64,000 nucleotides of DNA, from contig JAOZGC010000002.1 in the NCBI GenBank assembly GCA_027491915.1, forward strand, positions 32,001 to 96,000, written 5' to 3'. Each line of letters begins with the position of its first letter. The stretch's first letter is position 1. Shown in pieces: positions 1 to 9,997 of this stretch. Origin of the DNA: Thermoproteota archaeon (lineage in GTDB: Archaea; Korarchaeota; Korarchaeia; Korarchaeales; Korarchaeaceae). A program made the position numbers and the translations under genes. The notes under the pieces were generated by a model. That model made no database searches. It worked only from the letters and a program-made list of their open reading frames with translations, and was not told where the DNA came from.

Positions 1-1016
1 GCCTTGACGTAACCGGGGAACTGCAGTCTCGTGTACCCTGGCCTCTCCCCGGTCTCCTTTCTGGCGGCGCATACCCCCAACGTCAGCAGATCTTGGGCGT
101 AGGACATCATGGAGTAGTTCTGCCTCCTGACGATCCTGCCCAGCAGGACGTCGGCCTGGGCTATCCTCTGGTAGGCCTTGAATATGGTTTCGGGTTTCTT
201 GTACGCCCGGGGGGCGTTCTCCTCGACCCATCTGAGCACCATATCAATGTCTACGTCGATGCTGTATACCATATTTCGAGAATCCACGCACTTCCCCCAG
301 AACAATATGTTATTTAGGAGATCGAAGATGGTTTTCTGAACGTCTCTCCTGCCTATCAGGACCTCAACCTCCCTCGGACTGGCTGAGACCGCGGCCGCCA
401 CCTCCAAATCGTTTATGGCCGCCCTGAGATCCCCTGAGCATCTCTTGGCTATATTGGCGATGGTTCCCTCTGGAATCTTCATGCCCTCCCGCTCCGCTAT
501 CGCCTTTAGCACCCTGTGGACGCTCTGCCACCTCAGTCGCGTGAACTTCACCATGACCGACAGGTTCCGTAGGTCGGCCAATCCCCTCTCGTATGCGCTG
601 TTCGCGGTCATGACCACCGGAATCCCACTTTTCCTCAAGAGAACTCCAACCAGTCTGCTCAGTCTTGTGTACCCTCCCCCGTAGGCGTCCACCTCATCCA
701 GTATAATCATTCTCCCCCCGTCGCCCAGGACTGAGGCTGATGCCGAGCTTATCACCCTCTCCAGCGTTTCGGCCGCCCTCTCGTCGCCAGCGTTTATCTC
801 GATGGGATCCAACCTCAGCTCTCTGGCGATCGCGTAGGCCGCCGAGGTCTTGCCGGTGCCCGGCGGCCCCACCATGAGCAGCGCCCTCTCGACCTCCCCG
901 GAGGAAACCGATTCCATCCACTCCCTGATCTTCCGGACCGCCTGACCCTGTCCGACCAGTTCGTCCAGGGTCCTCGGCCTGTACTTCTCCATTAGGGGGA
1001 TCTTCTCCCAGCTCAT
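1..1016 (-). CDS. rfcL: Replication factor C large subunit (3' end runs off the window)
   Basis: Manual translation from ATG 1016: [23 protein letters not shown]...LLMVGPPGTGKTS. ATGA overlap with the rfcS stop. Not in the ORF track because it is truncated. Confidence 0.93.
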   Translation of the reverse strand, partial: MSWEKIPLMEKYRPRTLDELVGQGQAVRKIREWMESVSSGEVERALLMVGPPGTGKTSAAYAIARELRLDPIEINAGDERAAETLERVISSASASVLGDGGRMIILDEVDAYGGGYTRLSRLVGVLLRKSGIPVVMTANSAYERGLADLRNLSVMVKFTRLRWQSVHRVLKAIAEREGMKIPEGTIANIAKRCSGDLRAAINDLEVAAAVSASPREVEVLIGRRDVQKTIFDLLNNILFWGKCVDSRNMVYSIDVDIDMVLRWVEENAPRAYKKPETIFKAYQRIAQADVLLGRIVRRQNYSMMSYAQDLLTLGVCAARKETGERPGYTRLQFPGYVK

Positions 1017-2035
1017 CTGCGCCTCACACCCATCGCCACCAACCTCGCCAGGAGGGCCGAGATCTGAATGTCCCCGTGGGCCCCCTCCGATAGCCTGAAG
1101 TCGGCCTCGCCCAGATAAAATATGAACTCAGCCTTCTCTGGCTCACTCATGTCTGGCGTTCTGAGTATTTCTCTATGTAACTGTTTGACTATATCAGACG
1201 CAGTCATACCATAATTTAACATAAGATCCCTGGCGATCGACCTGGCCCTCAGGAAATCGCCGCCGAGGGCCATCCTTATCATCTCCTTCACCTCCTCCGG
1301 CCTGGCCAGGCCCGCCACGCGATACACCTTCTCAGCGGTCACCTCTCCCCCATACGCCGCAGCGGTCTGAAGGAGGTTTATCGCCTTCCTGAGGTCTCCC
1401 TCGCTCACGTACGTTATCGCCTCCAACCCGTCATCCGCTAGGGGGACGGATTCCTTCTCCGCTATGAACCTCAACCTCTCTTTGACGGCCCTGTCGGGTA
1501 TCGGCCCGAACCTGAACACGGCCGTCCTGGACTGTATCGGCTCTATTATCTTGGAAGAGTAATTGCACGCCAGGACGAACCTCGTGGTGCCGGAGTACAT
1601 CTCCATTATCCTCCTCAAAGCGTGCTGGGCATCAGCCGTCAGGCTGTCCGCCTCGTCCAGGTGAATCATCTTGAAGGGGACGTCCCCCATCGGGAGAGTT
1701 CTCGCGAATTCTTTTATCTTAGTTCTGATTGTGTTGATTCCTCTTTCGTCAGATGCGTTTAATTCTAAATAATTCTTACTCACCAAATCCTCTGATCCGT
1801 ATATCTCGTGGGCGAGGGCGATGGCGACCGTGGTCTTTCCTGTCCCAGCGGGCCCGGAGAACAGCAGGTGCGGGAGGGATCTCCTCTCCACAAAACCCCT
1901 GAGGGCCTTGATTACCTGCTCCTGATCGACGACCTCGGCCAGACTCTTGGGCCTGTACTTCTCGACCCAGAGCTCCAACGTCAACTCCCGGCTGACCTCC
2001 CCCCGGTTCAATTTATCATTTCGAGTCTCGGACAA
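1013..2035 (-). CDS. rfcS: Replication factor C small subunit
   Basis: [34 protein letters not shown] motifs. Confidence 0.97.
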   Translation of the reverse strand: MSETRNDKLNRGEVSRELTLELWVEKYRPKSLAEVVDQEQVIKALRGFVERRSLPHLLFSGPAGTGKTTVAIALAHEIYGSEDLVSKNYLELNASDERGINTIRTKIKEFARTLPMGDVPFKMIHLDEADSLTADAQHALRRIMEMYSGTTRFVLACNYSSKIIEPIQSRTAVFRFGPIPDRAVKERLRFIAEKESVPLADDGLEAITYVSEGDLRKAINLLQTAAAYGGEVTAEKVYRVAGLARPEEVKEMIRMALGGDFLRARSIARDLMLNYGMTASDIVKQLHREILRTPDMSEPEKAEFIFYLGEADFRLSEGAHGDIQISALLARLVAMGVRRR

Positions 2036-2067
2036 GAGTTATATCCCCCCAACCCCGGGACCTCGGG

Positions 2068-2301
2068 ATGTTCCCAGTCAGGTGTTTCACCTGCGGTAAG
2101 GTGATCGGAGACAAGTGGGATGAGTATGCCGAGAGGGTGGCCTCGGGCGAGCCTCCCGGAAAGGTCCTGGACGATCTCGGCATAGACAGGTACTGCTGCA
2201 GGAGGATGTTCTTAACCCACGTAGATCTGACGGGGGAGTTCTCCAGATTCGCGGCTCTGGCGCGAATCGACGCGACCCCGGAGAGTCCTCCCAACGTTTA
2301 A
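2068..2301 (+). CDS. rpoN: RNA polymerase subunit N (Rpo10)
   Basis: [11 protein letters not shown]...[13 protein letters not shown]. Confidence 0.97.
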   Translation: MFPVRCFTCGKVIGDKWDEYAERVASGEPPGKVLDDLGIDRYCCRRMFLTHVDLTGEFSRFAALARIDATPESPPNV

Positions 2302-2326
2302 TTAGGGGTCCGCGCGGCCGCGGGAG

Positions 2327-2992
2327 GTGTCTGGCCTGAGAGATCCGCCCGAAGATTACCTGGAGGGATTTCCCCCGGTGGAGGACAAGGACCTCCTGGT
2401 CCCTAAGCAGAAGTACCTGTCGGCCGGGGTTCACGTGGGGACCAAGATAAGAACCAAGTCCATGTCTCGATTCATCTACAGGGTCAGATCCGACGGCCTG
2501 TGCATGATCGACATAAAGAAGACAGATGAGAGGCTCAGGGTGGCCGGCAAATTCCTGTCCAGGATCGAGCCTAAGAAGATAGTTGCGGTGTCCTCTAGGA
2601 TATACGGGTTCAGGCCGGTCAGGAGGTTCGCGGACTACGTCGGCGCCGTGGCGATAACCGGCAGGGTACTCCCGGGCATATTCACCAATCCCAGGGCCCC
2701 GGTGTACTACGAGCCCGAGGTCGTGCTCCTATCCGACCCTAAGGTGGATAAGCAGGCCCACGACGAGAGCGTGAAGATGGGGATACCGGTGGTGGCCCTG
2801 GTGGACGCCGACAACGAGCTGGACTTCATCGACCTCGCCATACCGGCTAACAACAAGGGAAGGAGATCCCTCGCCTTCATATTTTGGCTGCTCACGAGAC
2901 AGGTTCTCAGGGAGAGGGGCGACCTGCCCCCAGACGGAGAGCTCGAGGAGGACTACGAGGCATTCGCCACCAGGATAATGGGGATAAGGTAG
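2327..2992 (+). CDS. rps2: 30S ribosomal protein S2 (uS2)
   Basis: [28 protein letters not shown]. Confidence 0.97.
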   Translation: MSGLRDPPEDYLEGFPPVEDKDLLVPKQKYLSAGVHVGTKIRTKSMSRFIYRVRSDGLCMIDIKKTDERLRVAGKFLSRIEPKKIVAVSSRIYGFRPVRRFADYVGAVAITGRVLPGIFTNPRAPVYYEPEVVLLSDPKVDKQAHDESVKMGIPVVALVDADNELDFIDLAIPANNKGRRSLAFIFWLLTRQVLRERGDLPPDGELEEDYEAFATRIMGIR

Positions 2993-3015
2993 ACTTACCT
3001 GGCCGCGCCGGCGTG

Positions 3016-3867
3016 ATGGCGATGCTGCGCAGGCCGGCCGTCGCCGGTTCCTTCTATCCCTCCGACCCGAAGCGGCTGCTCGAGGAGATATCCAACTCTT
3101 TTGCGAGGGCTGGCTTTCCCGGAATACCCAAGCCAGCTGATAAGCCCGCGGATAGGGTGGTTGGCCTGCTGTCCCCCCACGCCGGATACCCATACTCGGG
3201 TTGGGTCGCCGCCTCCGGCTACAAGAGACTGGCCGACGACGGGTCCTTCGACTCAGTCGTGATCCTAGGACCGAATCACTGGGGAATCGGTCATCCCGTG
3301 GCGGTGTACTCTTCTGGCAGCTGGCTGACCCCGCTGGGCGTGATCGACGTGGACGAGGAACTCGCCAAGGCCATCGCGGCCGAATCCAACTTGGTGGCCG
3401 AAGACGGCCTGGCCCACAGCAGAGAGCACTCTATAGAGGTTCAACTCCCCTTTCTCCAGGCCATCTACGGAGAGTTCTCCCTGGTCCCAATATCCATGTT
3501 TGATCAGAGCTTAGACACGGCCGTCTCGCTGGGGGAGGTGATAGCCGACTGTGTCAGAGAATTGGGTAGGTCAACGGTGGTGATAGCCTCCTCGGACATG
3601 TCTCACTACGTGACCGACGACGCGGCTAGGGAGAACGATCTATACGTTCTGAGGGCGGCTGAGGAGTTAGATCCGGAGGAGATGTACCGTCGAATAGAGG
3701 AGCGGGGCGTCAGCATGTGCGGACCCGGTCCGGCCGCAGTCATGATGACGGCGGCCAGAGAACTGGGCGGATCCAGGGGGAGGCTGCTCTCCTACCACAC
3801 GAGCGGAGAGGTGACCGGGGATTATATCTCCGTGGTGGGATACGCCTCCCTGGTGGTCGAGAGATGA
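3016..3867 (+). CDS. MEMO1-family protein (AmmeMemoRadiSam protein B)
   Basis: RRPAVAGSFYP, PHAGYPYSG, GPNH, EHSIEVQLPFLQ, SSDMSHY, MCGPGP. Start moved to ATG 3016 (3022 is an alternative). Confidence 0.93.
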   Translation: MAMLRRPAVAGSFYPSDPKRLLEEISNSFARAGFPGIPKPADKPADRVVGLLSPHAGYPYSGWVAASGYKRLADDGSFDSVVILGPNHWGIGHPVAVYSSGSWLTPLGVIDVDEELAKAIAAESNLVAEDGLAHSREHSIEVQLPFLQAIYGEFSLVPISMFDQSLDTAVSLGEVIADCVRELGRSTVVIASSDMSHYVTDDAARENDLYVLRAAEELDPEEMYRRIEERGVSMCGPGPAAVMMTAARELGGSRGRLLSYHTSGEVTGDYISVVGYASLVVER

Positions 3868-4964
3868 GCACGCCCAACAGAAAGCTAGATCACCTCATGC
3901 TGGCGGTCAAGAAGGAGGTGGAATACGAGGAGGGAAACTGGTTCGACGAGGTCGTCCTCATACACGAGGCCGCTCCCTCCTGGGATCTGGAGGACGTGGA
4001 CTTGAGCTCGGAGTTTCTCGGCATGAAGATCTCCGCTCCCCTCCTGATAGAGGGGATGACGGGGGGTCACCGCGCCGCCGCCGAGGTGAACAGGTCCCTG
4101 GCCCGCGCCGCCGCCGAGGTGGGCGTGCCCGTTGGGGTGGGCAGCCAGCGCGCGGCCATAGAGGACCCGGACCTGGAGTGGACCTTCCGGGTGGTGAGCG
4201 ACGAGGCCGGGGGGAAGGTCCCCATAATAGCAAACATAGGGGGAACCCACGCGCGGCTGGACGACGGAATTACCCTGGCGGAGAGGGCCGTCTCTATGTT
4301 GGAGGCAGACGCCCTGGCGATCCACCTGAACGCCCTCCAAGAGTGCGTTCAGCCGGAGGGTAGGCCCAACTTCTCCGGCCTCCTGACGGCCGTGGCGGAC
4401 ATATCCTCCTCCCTGGAAGTGCCCCTGATAGTCAAGGAGACCGGCTCTGGGATGTCTCGACAGACTGCAATAAACCTAGAAAGGGCCGGGGCAGCCGGAA
4501 TAGATGTTGGTGGCCTGGGTGGAACAAACTGGGCCAAGATAGAGTCTTTCAGAGGCAAGAAGGGTCCTCTCAGGGGGGAGAACTTCTTCGGTTGGGGGAT
4601 ACCGTCGGTCGTCAGCGTGCTGGAGGTGGGGGGCGCCCTCAGGAGATCCTTCCTGATAGCTTCCGGTGGGGTGAGGGACGGCGTTGCGGCCGCCAAGGCC
4701 ATAGCCCTGGGGGCCAATTACGCCGGCGCAGCCCTTCCCTTCCTGCGGGCTCACTTCTCTGGCGGGTGGAAGGCGGTGAAGGGATTGCTGCTCTCTTTTC
4801 TTGAGGAGATGAGGGTCGCCACATATCTGTCTGGATCTAGAACCCCAGAAGAGTTGCGCCTTAGGAGGAGATTCGTGCTGCTGGGGAGGGCCGCCGCGTG
4901 GGCCGCCTCCCGGGGGCTCTCCAAAACTTTTAATCCCGCGTCGATCGCCCAGCCAGGGGAATGA
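3864..4964 (+). CDS. fni: Type 2 isopentenyl-diphosphate delta-isomerase (FMN-dependent)
   Basis: RKLDHL, MTGG, VGSQRAA, HLNALQE.VQPEG, VKETGSG, GGTNW. ATGA overlap with the upstream gene. Confidence 0.96.
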   Translation: MSTPNRKLDHLMLAVKKEVEYEEGNWFDEVVLIHEAAPSWDLEDVDLSSEFLGMKISAPLLIEGMTGGHRAAAEVNRSLARAAAEVGVPVGVGSQRAAIEDPDLEWTFRVVSDEAGGKVPIIANIGGTHARLDDGITLAERAVSMLEADALAIHLNALQECVQPEGRPNFSGLLTAVADISSSLEVPLIVKETGSGMSRQTAINLERAGAAGIDVGGLGGTNWAKIESFRGKKGPLRGENFFGWGIPSVVSVLEVGGALRRSFLIASGGVRDGVAAAKAIALGANYAGAALPFLRAHFSGGWKAVKGLLLSFLEEMRVATYLSGSRTPEELRLRRRFVLLGRAAAWAASRGLSKTFNPASIAQPGE

Positions 4965-4967
4965 AGG

Positions 4968-5357
4968 ATGAGCCCTGGTGACAAACCCTTCTATGTCAAC
5001 TTTGATATGCCTGAAGATCTTATATCGAAAGTCTACGAGCTGATAGAACTCGCCAGAACTACCGGGGGTAAGATCAAGAAGGGAGCCAACGAGACCACGA
5101 AGGCGGTCGAGCGGGGGGAGGCATCGATGGTGGTGGTGGCGGAGGATGTCGACCCGCCCGAGATAGTCGCCCACCTGCCCCTCCTATGCGACGACAAGAA
5201 GATACCATACGCGTTTGCGCCGAGCAAGGAGGAACTGGGCAAGGCAGCCGGAATAGAGAGACCGGCCTCGGCGGTCGCAGTTATAGATCCCGGCCAGGCG
5301 AAGACCCTCATGGAGGCCCTCATCGACAAGATAAGAGAGATCAGAGGGGCGGGATGA
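4968..5357 (+). CDS. rpl7ae: Ribosomal protein L7Ae (eL8)
   Basis: [28 protein letters not shown]. Confidence 0.97.
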   Translation: MSPGDKPFYVNFDMPEDLISKVYELIELARTTGGKIKKGANETTKAVERGEASMVVVAEDVDPPEIVAHLPLLCDDKKIPYAFAPSKEELGKAAGIERPASAVAVIDPGQAKTLMEALIDKIREIRGAG

Positions 5358-5399
5358 GGTTTTATACCCTTGCATCCGCTTCGGGCCCGGTGATGGGTC

Positions 5400-5618
5400 T
5401 TGTCTTCTAAGGCCGACAGGGGCTACCCGGCCGAGGTGGTGGAGATAATAGGGAGGACCGGAGTGGCGGGGGAGGTAATACAGGTCAGGGCCAGGGTTCT
5501 GGCTGGCAAGGACAAGGGGCGAGTGCTGACTCGAAACGTAAAGGGCCCCGTCAGGGTTGGAGACGTGCTGATCCTCCGCGAGACCGAGATGGAGGCCAGA
5601 AAGCTCAAGCCGAGGTGA
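5400..5618 (+). CDS. rps28e: 30S ribosomal protein S28e
   Basis: [13 protein letters not shown]...[11 protein letters not shown]. Confidence 0.97.
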   Translation: MSSKADRGYPAEVVEIIGRTGVAGEVIQVRARVLAGKDKGRVLTRNVKGPVRVGDVLILRETEMEARKLKPR

Positions 5619-5845
5619 GTTCCTTGTCGACCGCCAAGATCCTCAGGAGGTGCGACTTCTGCGGCTCTCCCATAGAACCCGGCACGGGCGTGATGTACGT
5701 GAGATCCGATGGGACTATCCACTATTACTGTTCCTCCAAATGTTTTAAAAATGCTGTCAAGTTAAAGCGGAAACCGGAGAAGGTTAGGTGGACCGAAAGG
5801 TACGCCGAATTAAAGAGGAGGCGATTAGGACGGAATGTCAAATGA
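5615..5845 (+). CDS. rpl24e: 50S ribosomal protein L24e
   Basis: [17 protein letters not shown]...YCSSKC...VRWT. Confidence 0.97.
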   Translation: MSSLSTAKILRRCDFCGSPIEPGTGVMYVRSDGTIHYYCSSKCFKNAVKLKRKPEKVRWTERYAELKRRRLGRNVK

Positions 5846-7634
5846 CGCCCCCGAGCCCCCCAGGTACAGGCAGCCGCTGGTGGCCGTGCTGGGTCACGTG
5901 GACAGCGGGAAGACCACCCTGCTGGATTACATAAGGAAGACCAGGGTCGCCGCCAAGGAACCAGGCTCCATAACCCAACACGTCGGCGCCTCCGAGATAC
6001 CGGCTGGCGTCATACGGGAGATATGCCAACCCGTATTCGACGCCCTTGGGACTTCCTTCACCATAAAGACCGGGGGGCTCCTCTTCATAGACCTGCCCGG
6101 CCACGAGGTGTTCACCAACCTCCGGAAGAGGGGGGGCTCCGTCGCCGACATAGCCATATTGGTGATAGACGCATTCAAGGGAGTCGAACCTCAGACCGTG
6201 GAATCCATCAACATCCTCAGGGAGAGGAGGACCCCCTTCGTTATAGCCATGAACAAGATAGACCTCATAAGGGATTGGAAGTCGCACCCGGGGAGGCCCT
6301 TCATAATCTCGGTCAACGAGCAGCCCCCCCGGGCCGTGAGTGAGCTTGAAAATCGCATGTATTCCATCCTGGGTCAGCTGGCTAAGTTGGGAATAGGCGC
6401 CGAGAGGTACGACAGGGTGACCGACTTCACCAAGACCTTCTCCCTGGTTCCCACCAGCGCGGCCACCGGCGAAGGGGTACCGGATCTGCTGGCGGTTCTC
6501 CTCGGCTTGGTTCAGAGGTACATGCTGGACAGGTTGGAGATCACGAGAGAGGAGGGCCTCGGCGTCGTGCTCGAGGTCAAGGAGGAGCCCGGCCTGGGAA
6601 AGGTGATCACCGCGATAATATACGACGGGGAGATAAGGGTGGGGGACGTCGTGGTCTTGGGAGGGTCGAGGGGGCCGATAACCACCAGGGTCAGGGCTCT
6701 CCTGAGACCCAGGCCTATGGACGAGATAAGGGCCCCGAGATTCAAGTTCTCCAGGGTAGGGTCTGCCAGGGCCGCCTCCGGGGTTATGATATCCGCCCCA
6801 GGGCTGGAGGATGCCATGCCAGGGTCCACCCTCTTCGTGGTCAGAGACGAAGCCGAACTGGAAGATGTCAAAAGGACCCTTCGGGAGGAGATGGCCCAGA
6901 TATTGATCAGAACCGATTTGGAGGGTGTGATAGTTAAGGCGGACACCCTGGGATCTGTCGAGGCCCTTGTGGCCCAGCTCAGGAGATTCGGCATTCCGGT
7001 CAGGAGGGCGGACGTCGGCAGCGTGAGCAAGGCGGACGTCTTCGAGGCCCAGGCCATGAGGTCCAGCAACCCGAAGTACGCCGCCGTATTGGCATTCAAC
7101 GTCAGGGTTCCGGATGAGGTCGCCCGAGAGGCGGCATCGAGGGGGGTCAAGATAATTCACGATGTAATAATCTATCAGTTGGTGGATAGGTTCATTGAGT
7201 TCCTTGAATCTGAGAAGGCGAAAGAGGTAGAAGAGCTATTGAACAGGTTCCCTCTCCCGGCCAAGATAAGGGTCATACCCGGCTACGTCTTCCGCAGGAG
7301 CGATCCTGCCATAGTGGGAGTCGAGGTCTTGGAGGGCAGACTGAGGCCGGGAGTGCCCCTAATCAACGAGAGAGGGAGAAGGGTTGGGACCCTGATTGAG
7401 ATTCAGGATAAGGGAGAGAGGATACGGGAGGCCTCAAGAGGGGACAAGGTGGCCATATCCGTCAGGGGGGGCGTGGTCGGCCGGGGAATAAAGGAGGGTG
7501 CCAACCTACTGGTGGAAGTTGTGGAGATATATGACGCCAAGGTTAGAGAGCTGTACTTCTCCCTCCTGTCCCCCGGAGAAGTTGATCTCTACCGGGAGAC
7601 CGTGAGACTCCTGAGGAGGGCCGGGGAGAGATGA
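5835..7634 (+). CDS. infB: Translation initiation factor aIF5B (IF-2)
   Basis: GHVDSGKTT, ITQHVGA, DLPGHE, NKID, KADTLGSVEA. Confidence 0.97.
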   Translation: MSNDAPEPPRYRQPLVAVLGHVDSGKTTLLDYIRKTRVAAKEPGSITQHVGASEIPAGVIREICQPVFDALGTSFTIKTGGLLFIDLPGHEVFTNLRKRGGSVADIAILVIDAFKGVEPQTVESINILRERRTPFVIAMNKIDLIRDWKSHPGRPFIISVNEQPPRAVSELENRMYSILGQLAKLGIGAERYDRVTDFTKTFSLVPTSAATGEGVPDLLAVLLGLVQRYMLDRLEITREEGLGVVLEVKEEPGLGKVITAIIYDGEIRVGDVVVLGGSRGPITTRVRALLRPRPMDEIRAPRFKFSRVGSARAASGVMISAPGLEDAMPGSTLFVVRDEAELEDVKRTLREEMAQILIRTDLEGVIVKADTLGSVEALVAQLRRFGIPVRRADVGSVSKADVFEAQAMRSSNPKYAAVLAFNVRVPDEVAREAASRGVKIIHDVIIYQLVDRFIEFLESEKAKEVEELLNRFPLPAKIRVIPGYVFRRSDPAIVGVEVLEGRLRPGVPLINERGRRVGTLIEIQDKGERIREASRGDKVAISVRGGVVGRGIKEGANLLVEVVEIYDAKVRELYFSLLSPGEVDLYRETVRLLRRAGER

Positions 7635-7680
7635 CGGCATTTTTTTATCCCCATCCGGAGGTCTGGCCCGGTAGATTGGC

Positions 7681-8085
7681 ATGCCCGAGTTCATCCTCGA
7701 CATCGGCGATCCCGAGAGCGGGAAGACCTTCCACCTCAAGGTGGACGGTGACAGGGCCGTCTCCCTAATCGGCAAGAGGATAGGCCAGGAGGTATCCGGG
7801 GACGAGATAGGTCTCCCAGGCTACGTCTTCAAGATAACCGGCGGCTCTGACAAAAACGGTTTCCCCCTGCTGCCGACCCTGGCAGGATCCATCAAGAAGA
7901 GGATCCTCCTGTCGGCGCCCCCCGGATTCAGGCCAAGGAGGAGGGGGGAGAGGAGGGCGAAGACCGTCAGGGGGGGGATGATATCCGAGGAAACTAGGCA
8001 GATAAACATGAAAGTGATAAAGCGGGGAGAGATGAGCTTGGAGGAGATGCTCTCCGCCCCGTCTGTCGAAGAACAAGGTGGGTGA
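7681..8085 (+). CDS. rps6e: 30S ribosomal protein S6e
   Basis: KITGGSDKNGFP, GERRAKTVRG. Confidence 0.96.
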   Translation: MPEFILDIGDPESGKTFHLKVDGDRAVSLIGKRIGQEVSGDEIGLPGYVFKITGGSDKNGFPLLPTLAGSIKKRILLSAPPGFRPRRRGERRAKTVRGGMISEETRQINMKVIKRGEMSLEEMLSAPSVEEQGG

Positions 8086-9347
8086 TGGATCGATTGCCGG
8101 AAGAAGAACCCCTTCAACCGGAGATGAACGTCGGGACGGCTGGACACGTCGATCACGGGAAGTCCACCCTTGTACAAGCCTTAACAGGAGTGTGGCCTGA
8201 GAAGCACAGCGAAGAGCTCAAGAGGGGCATAACGATAAAGCTGGGATACGCCAACGCGGACCTGAGAAGGTGCGCCTCCTGCGAAGGCGACGACCCGAGG
8301 TGCTACACTACGGCCAGGGTGTGCCCGATCGACTTCGGGCCGACGATCCTCCTCAGGAAGATCTCCTTCGTCGATTGCCCCGGCCACGACACGCTGATGG
8401 CGACCATGCTCGCCGGCTCAACCCTCATGGACGCCGCGGTTTTGGTGATCGCCGCCAACGAGGATGTTCCCCAGCCGCAGACGAGGGAGCACCTGGCGGC
8501 CCTGAAGATAATGGGGGTCGAGCAGATGGTCGTCGTCCAGTCTAAGATAGAGCTGGTGGACGATGAGGCCGCCGTCAGAAATTACAGGCAGATAGTGGAA
8601 TTCTTGGACGAGGAGCTTGGCAGGGTCCCACCCATAATTCCGGTCTCCGCCCTCCACGGGGTCAACATGGGATATCTGATAAGGGAGATGGCCAGGACTT
8701 TCTCCCCGCCGGAGAGGGATCCCACCAAACCGCCTAAGATGTACGTCGCCCGCTCCTTCGACATAAACAAACCGGGAACCAGACCGAGAGATCTCAAGGG
8801 AGGGGTCCTCGGGGGGACCATAGTCCAGGGCAGGTTCGCCGTCGGAGACGAGATCGAGATAAGGCCGGGGGTCTACGTGGGAGGGGAGTTCCGCCCGCTG
8901 ACGACGGAGATAGTCAGCCTCAGGAGCGAAAACGTCGATCTCGAATACGCCCAGCCCGGCGGCCTTATAGGGGTGGGAACGAAGCTCGACCCGGCGCTCA
9001 CCAAGGCGGACAACATGGTGGGCAACGTGGTCGGGCTTCCTGGCGAGCTGCCTCCGGTCTGGGAAGAGCTGGACGTTGAGATCCACCTGCTGGGGAAGGT
9101 AGTTGGCCTCAGGGAGGAAATAGAGACGAGAATGCCGAGGAAGGGGGAGTTCATAACCCTGAACGTCGGAACCGCCACGATCCCGGCGCTGGTGAGATCC
9201 GTGGCCGACGGAGAGATGGGGGTAGCCGTTAGGATACCCGTGTGCGCGGAACTGGGGCAGAGGCTCGCCGTGTCCATGAGAGTCGAGGGCAGGTGGAGGC
9301 TGGTGGGGTACGGCTTCATTCGTGGTGGGAGGGAGCGTAAACAATAA
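8082..9347 (+). CDS. eif2g: Translation initiation factor 2 gamma subunit
   Basis: GHVDHGKST, RGITIKLGY, DCPGH, QPQTREH, RSFDINKPG, WRLVGYG. Confidence 0.97.
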   Translation: MMDRLPEEEPLQPEMNVGTAGHVDHGKSTLVQALTGVWPEKHSEELKRGITIKLGYANADLRRCASCEGDDPRCYTTARVCPIDFGPTILLRKISFVDCPGHDTLMATMLAGSTLMDAAVLVIAANEDVPQPQTREHLAALKIMGVEQMVVVQSKIELVDDEAAVRNYRQIVEFLDEELGRVPPIIPVSALHGVNMGYLIREMARTFSPPERDPTKPPKMYVARSFDINKPGTRPRDLKGGVLGGTIVQGRFAVGDEIEIRPGVYVGGEFRPLTTEIVSLRSENVDLEYAQPGGLIGVGTKLDPALTKADNMVGNVVGLPGELPPVWEELDVEIHLLGKVVGLREEIETRMPRKGEFITLNVGTATIPALVRSVADGEMGVAVRIPVCAELGQRLAVSMRVEGRWRLVGYGFIRGGRERKQ

Positions 9348-9372
9348 ATTCCATGGAAAATACACCGTACAC

Positions 9373-9449
9373 GCGGCCGTGGTCTAGCCTGGACAGGATG
9401 GGGGCCCTCCAAGCCCCAGACCCGGGTTCAAGTCCCGGCGGCCGCACCA
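9373..9449 (+). tRNA. tRNA-Gly(TCC), CCA encoded, atypical C33
   Basis: Cloverleaf: acceptor GCGGCCG/CGGCCGC, anticodon arm GGGGC-CCTCCAA-GCCCC, T arm CCGGG-TTCAAGT-CCCGG, ends ACCA. Confidence 0.9.
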
Positions 9450-9507
9450 GCCGCAGACGGACGGGGACTGTCTCCCCGTCGCGAACCGGTCCGTGCGGTG
9501 ATCGAAC

Positions 9508-9828
9508 GTGGGAGCCGACGATGTCCGATCTCTCCTGAGGGATGCCGCCAGGGCTTACGCCTCTGAGCGGGGGGTAGTTGATGAGGAGGCCCTGAACCTC
9601 TTTTCCGACCTGATCTTGGCCTTTGCGGATGCCCTGACCGAGGGAGAGAGGATTCCCGGGGCCCCAGAGTGGATGAACATAGCATTTAGAGCCAAGAAGA
9701 TCCCATCTTGCAGAACACCGTGCCACTTTTCCAGCAAATTAGAATCCGTTTTGAGCATGAAAGGTTTCAACAATCCGATGTATCTCCTAGCGCTCAGCAG
9801 GATGGGGTCACGACCCCCCGGCGGGTAA
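9508..9828 (+). CDS. Hypothetical protein (106 aa)
   Basis: Fills the gap between two tRNAs; GGTGA SD-like motif before the GTG start; no recognisable motif. Confidence 0.6.
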   Translation: MGADDVRSLLRDAARAYASERGVVDEEALNLFSDLILAFADALTEGERIPGAPEWMNIAFRAKKIPSCRTPCHFSSKLESVLSMKGFNNPMYLLALSRMGSRPPGG

Positions 9829-9859
9829 CGTTTTTCAACCTCACGTCGCGGCAGCGCGC

Positions 9860-9934
9860 GCCCCGGTAGCTCAGCCCGGTCGGAGCGCCCGCTTGGTAAG
9901 CGGGAGGTCGCGGGTTCAAAGCCCGCCCGGGGCT
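9860..9934 (+). tRNA. tRNA-Thr(GGT), CCA not encoded
   Basis: Acceptor GCCCCGG/CCGGGGC, anticodon arm CCCGC-TTGGTAA-GCGGG, T arm GCGGG-TTCAAAG-CCCGC. Confidence 0.95.
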
Positions 9935-9997
9935 CTCCGGTCTAAATCCCTTGGTCGAGTTCTGCTTAAATATCGCCCGGATAGATCAGGCGAGAAG

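Noticed and set aside
9893-9997. ORF-track N-terminal extensions that run through tRNAs (psmB, 32950-33012, 58596-58661) or through upstream genes (MEMO1, fni, nadK, wecB, atpI, 42766-43092)
   Set aside because: Longest-ORF artefacts; starts were reassigned to downstream codons where family homology begins
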